Both the position numbers and the translations under genes were made by a program. Of a DNA stretch of 64,000 bases, positions 39,941-50,126 are shown piece after piece (the first letter of the stretch is position 1; every line of letters begins with the position of its first letter). The notes under the pieces are model-generated. The model was not told the origin of the DNA. It saw only the letters and a program-made list of their open reading frames with translations, and ran no database searches. The stretch comes from a phage: the sequence record PZ445473.1; one strand, written 5' to 3'.

Positions 39941-41724
39941 GGTGAAGCTCCATCTGCTTGGTTAACGAGAGAAGCTGCATCCTCTCCGTTAGTTAAAACG
40001 AATGGATTATCTTCATCAACTTCAAAGTCTTCCCTTTCTACAAGTCTACCGGTTTCACTGATATACTTAGTATAACAGACACCAGTCTGACCGTAGTTAC
40101 GTTCTTTCAGTAATCGAATGACCGAGAGGTTCTTAGCTAAGCCATCAGCTTGCTTGTCACGTTCAAAGCCAATGATGCACTGACACCAACGCATAAGGGA
40201 ACGAGAACCAGTGAACTGCACTTCACGTACCTGTCCACCTTCTTCGTGAGGAGCACCACCTGCCGGGGCATTAAGGTGAGATAACACGAAAGCTGTAAAG
40301 TCTAATTCTTTACACATACCAGCAAGCTCGGAAGCAATCTTACTGATTTCAGTGTTAATCTCTGAAGGTGTTAAATGAGATACCAGAGCGGTAATGTTAT
40401 CAAGGATGATGAACTTACACTGGTTTTCAACTACCCAGAAACGTATACACTGTTTAATGTCTTCCCATTCATTCTGTCCGAAGTTGTCATACAAGAAGAA
40501 TTTATCTGCATAACGAAGTGCTTCATTACGCAAATCTTCCTCGTCATATTCAACATCAGGTCGGTGGAAAGGGATTGATGCTGACTTACCAGCAATATTC
40601 TTAACAGACATGCCTACCTTCTCTTCCAAGAAGAAGCCACCCCCATTAAAACCATGCTCTAAGCACAGATGAGCAACCAGTTCGTGAGCAATTAGTGTTT
40701 TACCACTGCCTACACCACCACCTATTGCTACCACCTCTCCCCATCGAATACCGAAGGTCATCTCATTCAGAGTTTTCCACGGATAGGGAATACCCCACTC
40801 CGCTTTCTTCAGAGCATCATCAAGGCAATCAAAGATTGTTACAGCGCCAGCAGGAGATTCCCGCTTTGCTGAATACTTGAGAATGTTGAATAACTCTTGA
40901 CCACGACCAGACAGAAGCATGTCATTCGCATCCTTAATCTCTTTCTCCACACCGTTGTATGGGAAGGTTCCTTTAGGGATACGAGCAAATTTGACATGAG
41001 GGAATAAAGAACGACCTTTTGTTAAAGCTATCTCACCTGCATCGTCATTGTCCATGCAGAGCACAACCTCCTCAAAACCATTTACGAAGTCCCGATTACG
41101 AGACAACACAGAAGAGATTGAACCTGCACCGAACGGTAAAGAAACACATGCTGGTTTAATGTTTGTTGCATTTGTAAAAGCTGTAAGGACGTGGAAACCA
41201 GACATACAAGATAGCGGGTCTTCAAAAATGAATAGCTTCTTGTTGTACACATCCCCACGTTGAGCTTGTGCCATACCAAAAAGATCTGCTTCTTTTACAC
41301 TACCTACGTAATAGAACTTCTTACTATCTAGCAGCTTAACCTCGTAACCAACAATGTTTCCATCACGTTCACGAGGAAAGAAGTAGCTGTCCGGAGTCTG
41401 TCCATCAGTCTGACTTAGACCGATGCGACACTCAAAACGCTCTGATACAGCTTTAGGGATTAGACGTCGAGTGAGTTCACCCTGAGGAAGTTCTAAGCAA
41501 TCATCTAAGACTTCTCTTAACTCTTCAGGGGATAACTCTTTCTTCTCATTTGGAGTAGGTGCAGTGCCCTTTTCGAACACTTCGTAATTCCCACAACGGT
41601 TACAACTTCCCCACTCCTCACCTGTCTCTTCGTTACGGAAGAGAATCATGTGGTTGTGGGTTTTATCACGACCATGAGAGATACATTCTTTACAACCTGT
41701 GTCTCCCAAAATGATCTTTGACAT
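39934..41724 (-). CDS. bifunctional primase-helicase
   Basis: N-terminal Cys-rich zinc motif (CKECISHG...CNRCG), central acidic MDNDDAGE, C-terminal Walker [10 protein letters not shown]. Confidence 0.8.
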   Translation of the reverse strand: MSKIILGDTGCKECISHGRDKTHNHMILFRNEETGEEWGSCNRCGNYEVFEKGTAPTPNEKKELSPEELREVLDDCLELPQGELTRRLIPKAVSERFECRIGLSQTDGQTPDSYFFPRERDGNIVGYEVKLLDSKKFYYVGSVKEADLFGMAQAQRGDVYNKKLFIFEDPLSCMSGFHVLTAFTNATNIKPACVSLPFGAGSISSVLSRNRDFVNGFEEVVLCMDNDDAGEIALTKGRSLFPHVKFARIPKGTFPYNGVEKEIKDANDMLLSGRGQELFNILKYSAKRESPAGAVTIFDCLDDALKKAEWGIPYPWKTLNEMTFGIRWGEVVAIGGGVGSGKTLIAHELVAHLCLEHGFNGGGFFLEEKVGMSVKNIAGKSASIPFHRPDVEYDEEDLRNEALRYADKFFLYDNFGQNEWEDIKQCIRFWVVENQCKFIILDNITALVSHLTPSEINTEISKIASELAGMCKELDFTAFVLSHLNAPAGGAPHEEGGQVREVQFTGSRSLMRWCQCIIGFERDKQADGLAKNLSVIRLLKERNYGQTGVCYTKYISETGRLVEREDFEVDEDNPFVLTNGEDAASLVNQADGASPW

Positions 41725-41943
41725 GCTCTTCCTCCTTGGAATCCTTGAGCTTAGTAGAACGAACGAATTTCATCCCACACTTGTTCCTGTTCTTTCCTAT
41801 AAAAAGAAAGTTGGGTCTTGAACATCTCCACTGATGATTCAAAGTTTTTAGATTGTGCAGCTTCAACGAAACGTTCATGTCGGTTGATTTTGCACCGTAG
41901 CATTAAATACTTGGCTTCAAGTCTCCGAAGAGCCTGTCTTTTC

Positions 41944-42363
41944 TCAAGATTCACTTTTCAGATACTCTGACCAGTCGCCAGATTCAACCAGAACGTCTTG
42001 TTCTTCGTCGATGTGATAAATCCAAGCGATAACAGTTTCACCTGAGTCCATCTTAACTGGAATCTGAGTGCGTTGATAGAAACTATCTTCAGGGCTACGT
42101 TTGTTGTAACCTTCCAGTCGGTCATATGGACCTTCCAGACCTTCTTTGTCAGTAGCAAACACTTCTACACGAACAGGCTTATTGTTATTGCTGTGTGCGA
42201 GAGAGATGCTTGGGAAGTAGGAACCACCATAACGGAACAGATCAAAGTTGTCTTCAGTCCAACCTTCACCAATTGACTTAGCACCAGCTCGGTCATTAAC
42301 TAAATAGTTAGCTTGACCACGACGAAGAGAACCATAAGTTGCTACGTAAATTACTTCTGACAT
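41944..42363 (-). CDS. gamma-glutamyl cyclotransferase-like (GGCT/AIG2 fold) protein
   Basis: ATYGSLRRGQANY ... GSYFP ... YDRLEGY follows the GGCT-like YGS...G.YP...E pattern. Confidence 0.5.
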   Translation of the reverse strand: MSEVIYVATYGSLRRGQANYLVNDRAGAKSIGEGWTEDNFDLFRYGGSYFPSISLAHSNNNKPVRVEVFATDKEGLEGPYDRLEGYNKRSPEDSFYQRTQIPVKMDSGETVIAWIYHIDEEQDVLVESGDWSEYLKSES

Positions 42364-42869
42364 TATTTATACCTTTGTTGGTTTGTTTGGTTTATCCGAA
42401 CTAGCCTCCTCTTTCGAAGAGGCTAAAGCAGATTACTCTGTAATAAAGATTTTGATTACACCGCAGATTGCCGCACTTTCAAATACTGCAACAGCTTCAC
42501 TCCCTTGAAAAAAGGCCACCTTGCCATCAGAGAAGTTAAACATGTCGGCATCTAGGTCCATTGCTCGCATTTCACCAGCTGCATTGGTATCTTTAAACAG
42601 AACTTTATACTTATTCACAGATATGTTACTCCCTTGTCTTGTTGTGCTTCAGTGATGATACGTTCTACACATTCCATAGAATATTTATCACCACGTTTCA
42701 GAAAAGTTACAATTGCAGAGAACTGGTTGCCAATCATTCGCTGATTAGTGATACCCCATTCTTCACACAATTTACGCAACTCTTTACGAGAGCCTACAAT
42801 CAGAGGCTCTTTTTGTTCCATCATTCCATTTTGTACTAGATCTTCCAATGAAAACATATCCATATATCC

Positions 42870-44063
42870 TTAGTAGTTTACAACAGTACCATCATTCAGG
42901 GTAATGCTATTAATCTGCAACACACGACCAAGCTGACGATTACTGATTGGTGCGTTCCATCCAGAACGGTAGAAGTTACGACCGCAGAAGAACAAGATCA
43001 CATTACTTGCTACAATTGAACCATTCTCAGGGTGCTTAATGTTAGCGATATAATAACCACGACGAAGATTGCGACGGGTGATTGGAGTGATCTCTAACCC
43101 TTGCTCTTCAACTTGCATTGTTTCAGGAACAGGTTCCGAAGACTCTTCAGCAACTGGCTCAGCTGTCAATGCAGAGTTCTCATCACCTGCCGATTCAGCA
43201 GATTCTTCCACTTCTTCAACAGGCAGTTCGTAAGCAACACGGTAGTTAGGCTCAACTCCAGAGAAGCTCTTAACAAATTCAACGATGTTATGAGTGTAAG
43301 TTTCCAGAGTTGTACCAGTCAGGCCCGGAGCTGTATTGACTTCCAGAACCCAAGCGTTAGTTCCTTTACTGATCAGGTCAACAGCACCGAAGTTTAAACC
43401 TAGAGCAGATACAGCTTTGTGAGCTTGAATCAGAACTTGATCAGGAGGAGCTTCAGTGAATGCGTTAGAGTAAACCCAACCAGTGTGATGGTTACGAATA
43501 TCTTCACGATAGCTTTCCAGTTCACGATAACCGTTACGACGGATTTTCTTCTGAACGTAAGTGATAACGCCTTCGAACACATGAACACGCCACTCACGAC
43601 GTGGGCCTTGAATACCACGGGTATAGAGAGGGGCGGGAGCTATACCTTCACCTGGAAGACGAACAGTGATACCTTCTCCAGAATGACCATTCAAAATAGC
43701 ACGTTCATAAACAATACTATCCAGATTCCATTCTGACGCCTGAGCAGCACGGATTGAGTACTCTACAGTGGATACCCCAGCAGCTTCCAGAGTTTGAAAT
43801 GCTGTGATTTTGTTAGCCGCTCGGTTCAGAGCTTCAACAGGATTCAGTACAGTTGCACCACCAAAGAAAGAAGCATCATAACGACGGTTGCCATAGTTTA
43901 TAACAATATCACCAGTACGAGAACGATAACGAGAACCCTCTGATACCAGAGACATTACGTTAGCATTTAAGCGAAGTTCCTGAACCTTAGTATTGATTGC
44001 AGAAGTAAGTTCACGAACTGAATCAGAAGGGCCATAAGGAAGAACACGGATACGAGTAGTCAT
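42870..44063 (-). CDS. ATP-grasp fold enzyme
   Basis: GAVDLISKGTNAWVLEVNTAPGL matches the ATP-grasp C-terminal G.D.....VLEVN..PG motif. Confidence 0.55.
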   Translation of the reverse strand: MTTRIRVLPYGPSDSVRELTSAINTKVQELRLNANVMSLVSEGSRYRSRTGDIVINYGNRRYDASFFGGATVLNPVEALNRAANKITAFQTLEAAGVSTVEYSIRAAQASEWNLDSIVYERAILNGHSGEGITVRLPGEGIAPAPLYTRGIQGPRREWRVHVFEGVITYVQKKIRRNGYRELESYREDIRNHHTGWVYSNAFTEAPPDQVLIQAHKAVSALGLNFGAVDLISKGTNAWVLEVNTAPGLTGTTLETYTHNIVEFVKSFSGVEPNYRVAYELPVEEVEESAESAGDENSALTAEPVAEESSEPVPETMQVEEQGLEITPITRRNLRRGYYIANIKHPENGSIVASNVILFFCGRNFYRSGWNAPISNRQLGRVLQINSITLNDGTVVNY

Positions 44064-44508
44064 TGTTAGATACCTTTAAGTTTAAGAATTTCGTTACGAG
44101 TTTTTTGAATCTGAGCTTCAATTTCGAAGTAGTCATTGAACGCATCGTTCTCTACTTCATCGGATGGTGCATCAATCAGACCGAAAGCAAACGGATACAG
44201 CTTTCGCTGCTCCGTTACTAATTCGATATGAACTCCTATGTAATACTGTAGGAGAGTAATCTTCGGTTTCTTAGGAACCAGACTTAACATGAGGTTCTAC
44301 CTTAATGCCTTTAATTTTTACATAATCAGCAAGTACGTTATTGATCACCGTTGGGAATGGAACCTCAACTTGTGTCTCAAGTACTTGACCAATACCAGCT
44401 TGCATCCACTTCTGGATTGCACGAAGGTTATCACATCCTGTGCTCGTCATCGGGATACGTCGAGTAGTTACAACGTTATCCAACATCATTTTTCTGATTT
44501 CCATAAAC

Positions 44509-46539
44509 TTAACCTCTATTCAATGAACATTTAGGAGAATTACAATAAACTTGATTCATAGAACCAAGCGTACAACTTTCAGCATCGCGCCACGGAATCT
44601 GCTTAAAACACCCTGAGCAGTAGCCGAGGGTTGACCACATTGCTTTGGTGAAGTCAGTGCTTCGGTTTCCGTCGAAGCTGACAACAGTTTTTCGGAGAGC
44701 TGTTCGTGATTCAGGAAACACACCTGCTTTCTCAGCAGGTTCCTCCTTTTTTGGCTTAGTTGAGATTGCAAAAATACTGTTGCTACGTTTCTCAACATAA
44801 GCATCAACAACATCCTCCAGAGTAATGCCTGTCTGTTTCGCTGAGGAAGGTAATATAGTCATACGACCAATCATATCTTCAGTTACACGTAAAGCAAATT
44901 CAGGACGACGGGAGTTTGTTGTATCTGTTGCTTTAATCCAGACATAACCATCTTTGATCGTAGCATTAGATACTTTCTTCTTTATATCTACAGCGCAGAC
45001 TTTACAGATATCTTCACCACGAAGACGACTGAGTTCATCATCAAACTCGTTCTCTGTTTTAACTTCACCACAGATTTCACAAACACCAATAGGAGTTTCC
45101 TCCTCTTCTTCATCTTTAGGCTTAGTCAAACCTTCCAGACATTCAGGGTGCCAGTAGCATTGATATGCGAAGACTGCTTTAGGTGCATCCTTCCAATCAA
45201 TGTGTTTATCACAACCGCCACAATCACCATGAGAATGTGCTTCCCAGAATTTACGAGTGATAGTAACGCCATTCTTGTTGACGAAACTATCATTCATATC
45301 AAAAGGGATATCATCATCAAAGTCAGCAGTAGTTGACTCAGGCTCCTTTTTCTCCAGAGATGGGTCAACAAAACGACCTGCTGTGATCACTAAACGAACC
45401 ATAGCATTAACTTCGGAGATACAGGATACTGTCCCACGGTAAACAATTTTAGGGTCTTTCAGGGCATCCTGATAAGCCTTAATGTCTACGTTATGAACAT
45501 CACCTTCGATATACTCTTGAGATTTCTCATCGTAGATATAACCAATCATCTTACCACGAGAAGGAACAGCACCAGCAGTTGCATAAGGGACAAACTCATG
45601 TGGTGTGATCTCCACAGTCATGTCGCGGCGAATGTCAATGTTTCGATCGCTTGCGATTTTGTTTTGACTTACCACTGCGTTTCTTCGACGAACGTCTGCC
45701 GCTGTCACTCCCGGCTTCGTGTCGTAAGGATTGCTTGTACTGCTTTTTGAGGAACTTTGATAGTTGCTTTGGCTGTAGTTGTTCGAGTAGTAATTGCCCC
45801 AACGATTGATTACCGTAAAAACCGGAAGCTCGTGGGCGACCTCTTCAACTAGAGTCATGCTGTTGTTTGACACATCAAAGATGTATTCTGTACCAACTTT
45901 ACATTCAAAGTGCTCATCAATGCGATTCTTGTGAGACCTAGAACGCTTCAGAATCCACATCAACATATCTTCTTCAGAAGCACCAAACCAATCTCTGTTA
46001 CAACGTGCAAGATGGAAAGGACGCTCTTCATTACGGATGATATGAAGACGATTATCAGAAGCATCATGCCAGATTAAGGTGAAAGCACCATCCAGCTTTT
46101 GAATAGTCTCTGCTGCACCAATAGTGTTAATAGAGTGGCAGATGTTTTCACTGTCTACCTCGAAGTTTTTACTGTCAGGTAACAGGTCTTGGTTCATCAA
46201 GGTTCCGTTATGAACCAGAGTGATGTTACCGTGTTGGAAAGGATGGGCGTTCTTGGCGTTAACTGCACCTTTCGTTGCATGACGGCTGTGACCAACAATC
46301 CATGAAGGTGCTACAGTGTAAGCTGTTTCACCAGTGGTGTGCTTCTTGTACTCATCTTGAAGGATGAATGCGAAAGAAGGAAGTGCCTCTTTATAAGTGA
46401 AGACTTCTTTAGTGCTTTTACGCTGACCAAAGATACCAGAGGAGTGCTGTCCTCGGAATACTCCAGCATAAAAGAGTTGGTTAAATATATCTAAATCAGT
46501 GCTTGACAGATTACCGCCAGCTAATACGATGCCACAAAT
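44509..46539 (-). CDS. class II (Ntn) glutamine amidotransferase-domain protein with Cys-rich C-terminal region; apparent AUU start
   Basis: Frame is open upstream of the track start to 46539; encodes (I)CGIVLAGG...RGQHSSGIFG...GHSRHATKG...NAHPF...LVHNGT; Cys codon 46534-46536 is preceded by ATT and a TAG stop, with AGGTGG 8 nt upstream. Confidence 0.55.
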   Translation of the reverse strand: MCGIVLAGGNLSSTDLDIFNQLFYAGVFRGQHSSGIFGQRKSTKEVFTYKEALPSFAFILQDEYKKHTTGETAYTVAPSWIVGHSRHATKGAVNAKNAHPFQHGNITLVHNGTLMNQDLLPDSKNFEVDSENICHSINTIGAAETIQKLDGAFTLIWHDASDNRLHIIRNEERPFHLARCNRDWFGASEEDMLMWILKRSRSHKNRIDEHFECKVGTEYIFDVSNNSMTLVEEVAHELPVFTVINRWGNYYSNNYSQSNYQSSSKSSTSNPYDTKPGVTAADVRRRNAVVSQNKIASDRNIDIRRDMTVEITPHEFVPYATAGAVPSRGKMIGYIYDEKSQEYIEGDVHNVDIKAYQDALKDPKIVYRGTVSCISEVNAMVRLVITAGRFVDPSLEKKEPESTTADFDDDIPFDMNDSFVNKNGVTITRKFWEAHSHGDCGGCDKHIDWKDAPKAVFAYQCYWHPECLEGLTKPKDEEEEETPIGVCEICGEVKTENEFDDELSRLRGEDICKVCAVDIKKKVSNATIKDGYVWIKATDTTNSRRPEFALRVTEDMIGRMTILPSSAKQTGITLEDVVDAYVEKRSNSIFAISTKPKKEEPAEKAGVFPESRTALRKTVVSFDGNRSTDFTKAMWSTLGYCSGCFKQIPWRDAESCTLGSMNQVYCNSPKCSLNRG

Positions 46540-46618
46540 TTTCTAATCCACCTGAAGGGTAAACCCTTTCATCTAATTAACCTTTAAATTGTGCCCCTTC
46601 GTCAGAGGCACCCATTGA

Positions 46619-47722
46619 TTACAGCGCTTGCTCTAACTGATTTTCCAGATGATCTGGAATATATCCTGTGATGTTGTTATCACTGTGTCCTGACTCACGT
46701 AGCAAGTCAAAAATAGCACGGATACGCTGTTCTGATGCAGATCGTACAGTAGATAGGTCAGTTGTACGAAGCATAACCAGAATTTCTTGGTACAAGTTGT
46801 TAGCGTTCCCTCGAATATACCCAAGGAACCCATAGAAGTCTGGAATAAGACGTAAGTCAACAAGAACTTCTCCGTTGGAGTCGGTTCGACGTAAACGAAT
46901 ACGACCAGACTGCTCTACTTCATGAGAACGACAATACAAAACATCACGGGCCATACAATACCCTGAATGCAAATCCGATTCGTCCAGATTGTAATCCAGA
47001 GGAAGATAAGGAAGCATTGGGGCAAATCGTACAGTATTTAAATGCTCAATAAACTGGTCATTGCTCATCTCTGCGTTATCTAAAGCCAGCTTCTTCAACA
47101 TTAAGAAGCGGTTAACCAGATTGAGAAGTTGACCACGTTTCCACTTAGGCTCGCTGATACGAAACTCAATTGAGCCGTATTGGGCAAGTGGCAGAAGGTT
47201 CAGAGATGTATACTTATCCCATGAACGAACCAGACGGTTGAAGAACTCTTCACCGTCGTAGTTAAATGCGTCAGAGGCGTTCATTACCTGTGCTTGTACC
47301 ACTGCGAAAGCAGGGCAGAAGTTGCTACGGTAACGATGATAGCCTGAACACTTGAACAACATTTTTTCATAGAAGGTCCAAGCGAGGATGGTTTTCTTGA
47401 GGATATTACTATCAGCATCCCTCATATCCATATGAACGTGAGTAGAGCAACGCCAAGTCCCCTCGGCGTGCGATTCAGCTACTGCTTCACTCAGGTTGTT
47501 GATAGCGTCTAACAACTCCTGTCCATTGTAAGGTCGTGAACATACCATTTCACAACCATTACGCAGGGAACCATCCTCTGTACAATCCCACATATCTGCT
47601 TCAATATGGTCGGAACCTTCGAGTTCTAGTTCGATACCGATACCGCACTGAAGTGCAATTGAACTATGCGCCTCAGTTAAACGACCTTCTCGGTATCCAA
47701 AAGTTTGCGCTACAGTTGTCAT
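46619..47722 (-). CDS. glutamine synthetase-like amidoligase (Amidoligase_2-like)
   Basis: GIGIELELEG...EDGSL..GCEMVCSRP and THVHMD resemble amidoligase family motifs. Confidence 0.4.
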   Translation of the reverse strand: MTTVAQTFGYREGRLTEAHSSIALQCGIGIELELEGSDHIEADMWDCTEDGSLRNGCEMVCSRPYNGQELLDAINNLSEAVAESHAEGTWRCSTHVHMDMRDADSNILKKTILAWTFYEKMLFKCSGYHRYRSNFCPAFAVVQAQVMNASDAFNYDGEEFFNRLVRSWDKYTSLNLLPLAQYGSIEFRISEPKWKRGQLLNLVNRFLMLKKLALDNAEMSNDQFIEHLNTVRFAPMLPYLPLDYNLDESDLHSGYCMARDVLYCRSHEVEQSGRIRLRRTDSNGEVLVDLRLIPDFYGFLGYIRGNANNLYQEILVMLRTTDLSTVRSASEQRIRAIFDLLRESGHSDNNITGYIPDHLENQLEQAL

Positions 47723-48336
47723 AACGAATCCACCAACGTAATATTATAATTGCTAAGATTTTCAGAGATGTGATGAAAATGTTCCAGAAGTCGCATCGGT
47801 TGCTGACCATAAGAGTCACGAGGTGCTTCTAGATCTACTTGTCCTACCAGTGCACCTTTATAATGCACTTTACCATCTGTAGGGTTGATGTAAATGTAAC
47901 GAGTGACCAATCCATCAAACTCTGGATTGAACAAACTGTAAACCATCTCCCCAGAGATAGAACGACCAATCCCAGGAGCATTTCGAATCTTATTACCCAT
48001 TAAACCCTTTGCTCTCTGACGAACAGGGTTAATATGAGTCCAGCTCACAGTGTTACCGTTATGGAACAGATAACCAACATCAGGTGATTCAAGAATCAAG
48101 GTTGGGTCGAACACTGGAATATTCATCACAGTGTTTCGAAGATTCCCATGCTCGTTCTTGTACCACTGCTCTACAACAAAATACAGAGCCTGCTCTGCTT
48201 CGTGAGAGAAGTCATCGCTGCGGAAGTTACCGCTCTGCTCAACACCAATCACAAAACATGGAAGGTTGATATTACCTGCTCGTTTAGCAATCCATGTACC
48301 GTTATAGTAATGAGAAAAATCAGATACTAAGCTCAC
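47719..48336 (-). CDS. hypothetical protein (amidoligase cluster)
   Basis: 205-aa ORF; start overlaps the upstream stop. Confidence 0.45.
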   Translation of the reverse strand: MSLVSDFSHYYNGTWIAKRAGNINLPCFVIGVEQSGNFRSDDFSHEAEQALYFVVEQWYKNEHGNLRNTVMNIPVFDPTLILESPDVGYLFHNGNTVSWTHINPVRQRAKGLMGNKIRNAPGIGRSISGEMVYSLFNPEFDGLVTRYIYINPTDGKVHYKGALVGQVDLEAPRDSYGQQPMRLLEHFHHISENLSNYNITLVDSL

Positions 48337-48345
48337 GATAACCTC

Positions 48346-49152
48346 TTATGCTACCTGAAGGCGTTTAATCTGCTGGTCCGCTTCTTTAACGTTATTACCG
48401 TTAATGATTTCATGAAGCTTCTCAATCGGAAGGCGAGAGTGCAATGCCATCAGAGTGGACATGTCACACTGCTGAACAACCTTGTCAACCTGATCATAAA
48501 CAAACTTACGGTTTTCACGATCACTAATCCAGAAGTTAGACAGGGAACGATATTCAATACCATAGTCCTTGTAGCGGATTGCAGATGCTTTACCGTAGAG
48601 TTCTTTACGGCGAGTGTCTTTATCCATAATAACTGCTGGGAGGGATAGGAAGTAGTCACACAGCACACCCAGCATCATCTGAGTTTGCAGGGTGATATCC
48701 AAAGCACCAACTACGCCAAGATGTACGTGACCACCGGCAGTACGAAGCCCCTTATTTTGAGAAGTCGGGGATGGGTTCTTCTGACCAGTGAAAGCGTTGA
48801 AATCAGGAGTACATCCAAAGATGAACGCTGATTCATTGAAAGTCTTCATCTCTTCTTCAGTGAAGATGTGAGAGCTAACACCCGGAGCTGTTTCCATGTC
48901 CAGTTTGTTCAGGACATTATTGGTGAGATCGATACCACGTTGCATGTTGTCATTAAACGCTTCAAAACCACTCTGTGGGTCAATATCAAACTCAGCCAGT
49001 ACGTTGTCCTCTTGAAGACGAACATCCTTAGCCAGAGCGATCTTATCGTCCTTAGAACAACCTAACAGACCAGCTACAGAAGTGATGATTCCTTTGCTGG
49101 TACGAACGAACATTTCCGGATCCGATCCTATTAAGAATTTGCGCTTAGTCAT
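48346..49152 (-). CDS. hypothetical protein, possible second COOH-NH2 ligase-type enzyme
   Basis: FLIGSDPEMFV and GGHVHLGV loosely resemble ligase E..E/H.H motifs. Confidence 0.35.
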   Translation of the reverse strand: MTKRKFLIGSDPEMFVRTSKGIITSVAGLLGCSKDDKIALAKDVRLQEDNVLAEFDIDPQSGFEAFNDNMQRGIDLTNNVLNKLDMETAPGVSSHIFTEEEMKTFNESAFIFGCTPDFNAFTGQKNPSPTSQNKGLRTAGGHVHLGVVGALDITLQTQMMLGVLCDYFLSLPAVIMDKDTRRKELYGKASAIRYKDYGIEYRSLSNFWISDRENRKFVYDQVDKVVQQCDMSTLMALHSRLPIEKLHEIINGNNVKEADQQIKRLQVA

Positions 49153-50116
49153 TGTAATACTCCACTAGTTCAGAAAAGAGAGATGAGATTGTGTTACCGA
49201 TTTCTTCAGGATTAAGACCAGAATCTATTCCAGTACGCTGAATTATTCGTGCTGTAAAGTTTTGTACTGTAATGTTTTCCAACTTATTATCTATTGCTTC
49301 ACGTTTGTGACCATAACAGTTGGACCAGAGTTTTAACCACTCTGACATTGTTTCATACTCATCTGGATCTTGATCTTTAGCACGAGCAAATCTTCGTAAG
49401 ACATCTGTGTTGTGGTTACGAACATAACCATTCTCGTTGTCACCAACACCGAAGGGGTTTTGAACCCATACTTGCTTCGTGTATTCATCAGAGTCAACAA
49501 CCAAAGGAAGGAATGCTGCTGCTGACATATTGTTGTCAATAACAACAGACGTGCTTTCACTACTCCCATTGGAAGCTCCTCGTTGAGACCACCTACCAAA
49601 GAAGTCACGACCCAACCCAGCTAACAACAGAGCGATGCCAATGCGTTTACGCTTCAGCCACTCTTCCCTGTCTTCAATTCCTTCTGCTAGGAAATCCATT
49701 CCACGATACTGCCCTTCCAAAATGCTACGGAAGAGCATAAGTCCTGTGAAGATTTGATCTGCTGGATGCTCACGGAGGTTGACAGCTACGCTATTCGCTG
49801 AAGTGATTGTGAATACATCGCGATAGCAAGACATGGAGTTCATAATATCTGCTGTTTCAACCAAGTTCTTTTCAATATAAGATGCATCATGACCGTGAAA
49901 AGAGTGAGTCCAGTAATTCAGCATCTCCAGTTGCAAGTTGATATCACGGTTGAAGCGTCTATAACGCCCCTCTTCCATGATAACTTCGCCATTAATATCG
50001 CTTACACATTGGCCTTGCATGTAGTTGTGAATACCGAAGCACCCACGACCTAAGAACTTCTGTTCCCCTAAATCTTGTTGAAGATTCAGAGGTACGATCG
50101 TTGTGGAGATTGACAT
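49145..50116 (-). CDS. hypothetical protein (amidoligase cluster)
   Basis: 323-aa ORF. Confidence 0.45.
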   Translation of the reverse strand: MSISTTIVPLNLQQDLGEQKFLGRGCFGIHNYMQGQCVSDINGEVIMEEGRYRRFNRDINLQLEMLNYWTHSFHGHDASYIEKNLVETADIMNSMSCYRDVFTITSANSVAVNLREHPADQIFTGLMLFRSILEGQYRGMDFLAEGIEDREEWLKRKRIGIALLLAGLGRDFFGRWSQRGASNGSSESTSVVIDNNMSAAAFLPLVVDSDEYTKQVWVQNPFGVGDNENGYVRNHNTDVLRRFARAKDQDPDEYETMSEWLKLWSNCYGHKREAIDNKLENITVQNFTARIIQRTGIDSGLNPEEIGNTISSLFSELVEYYND

Positions 50117-50126
50117 AACTAACCTT

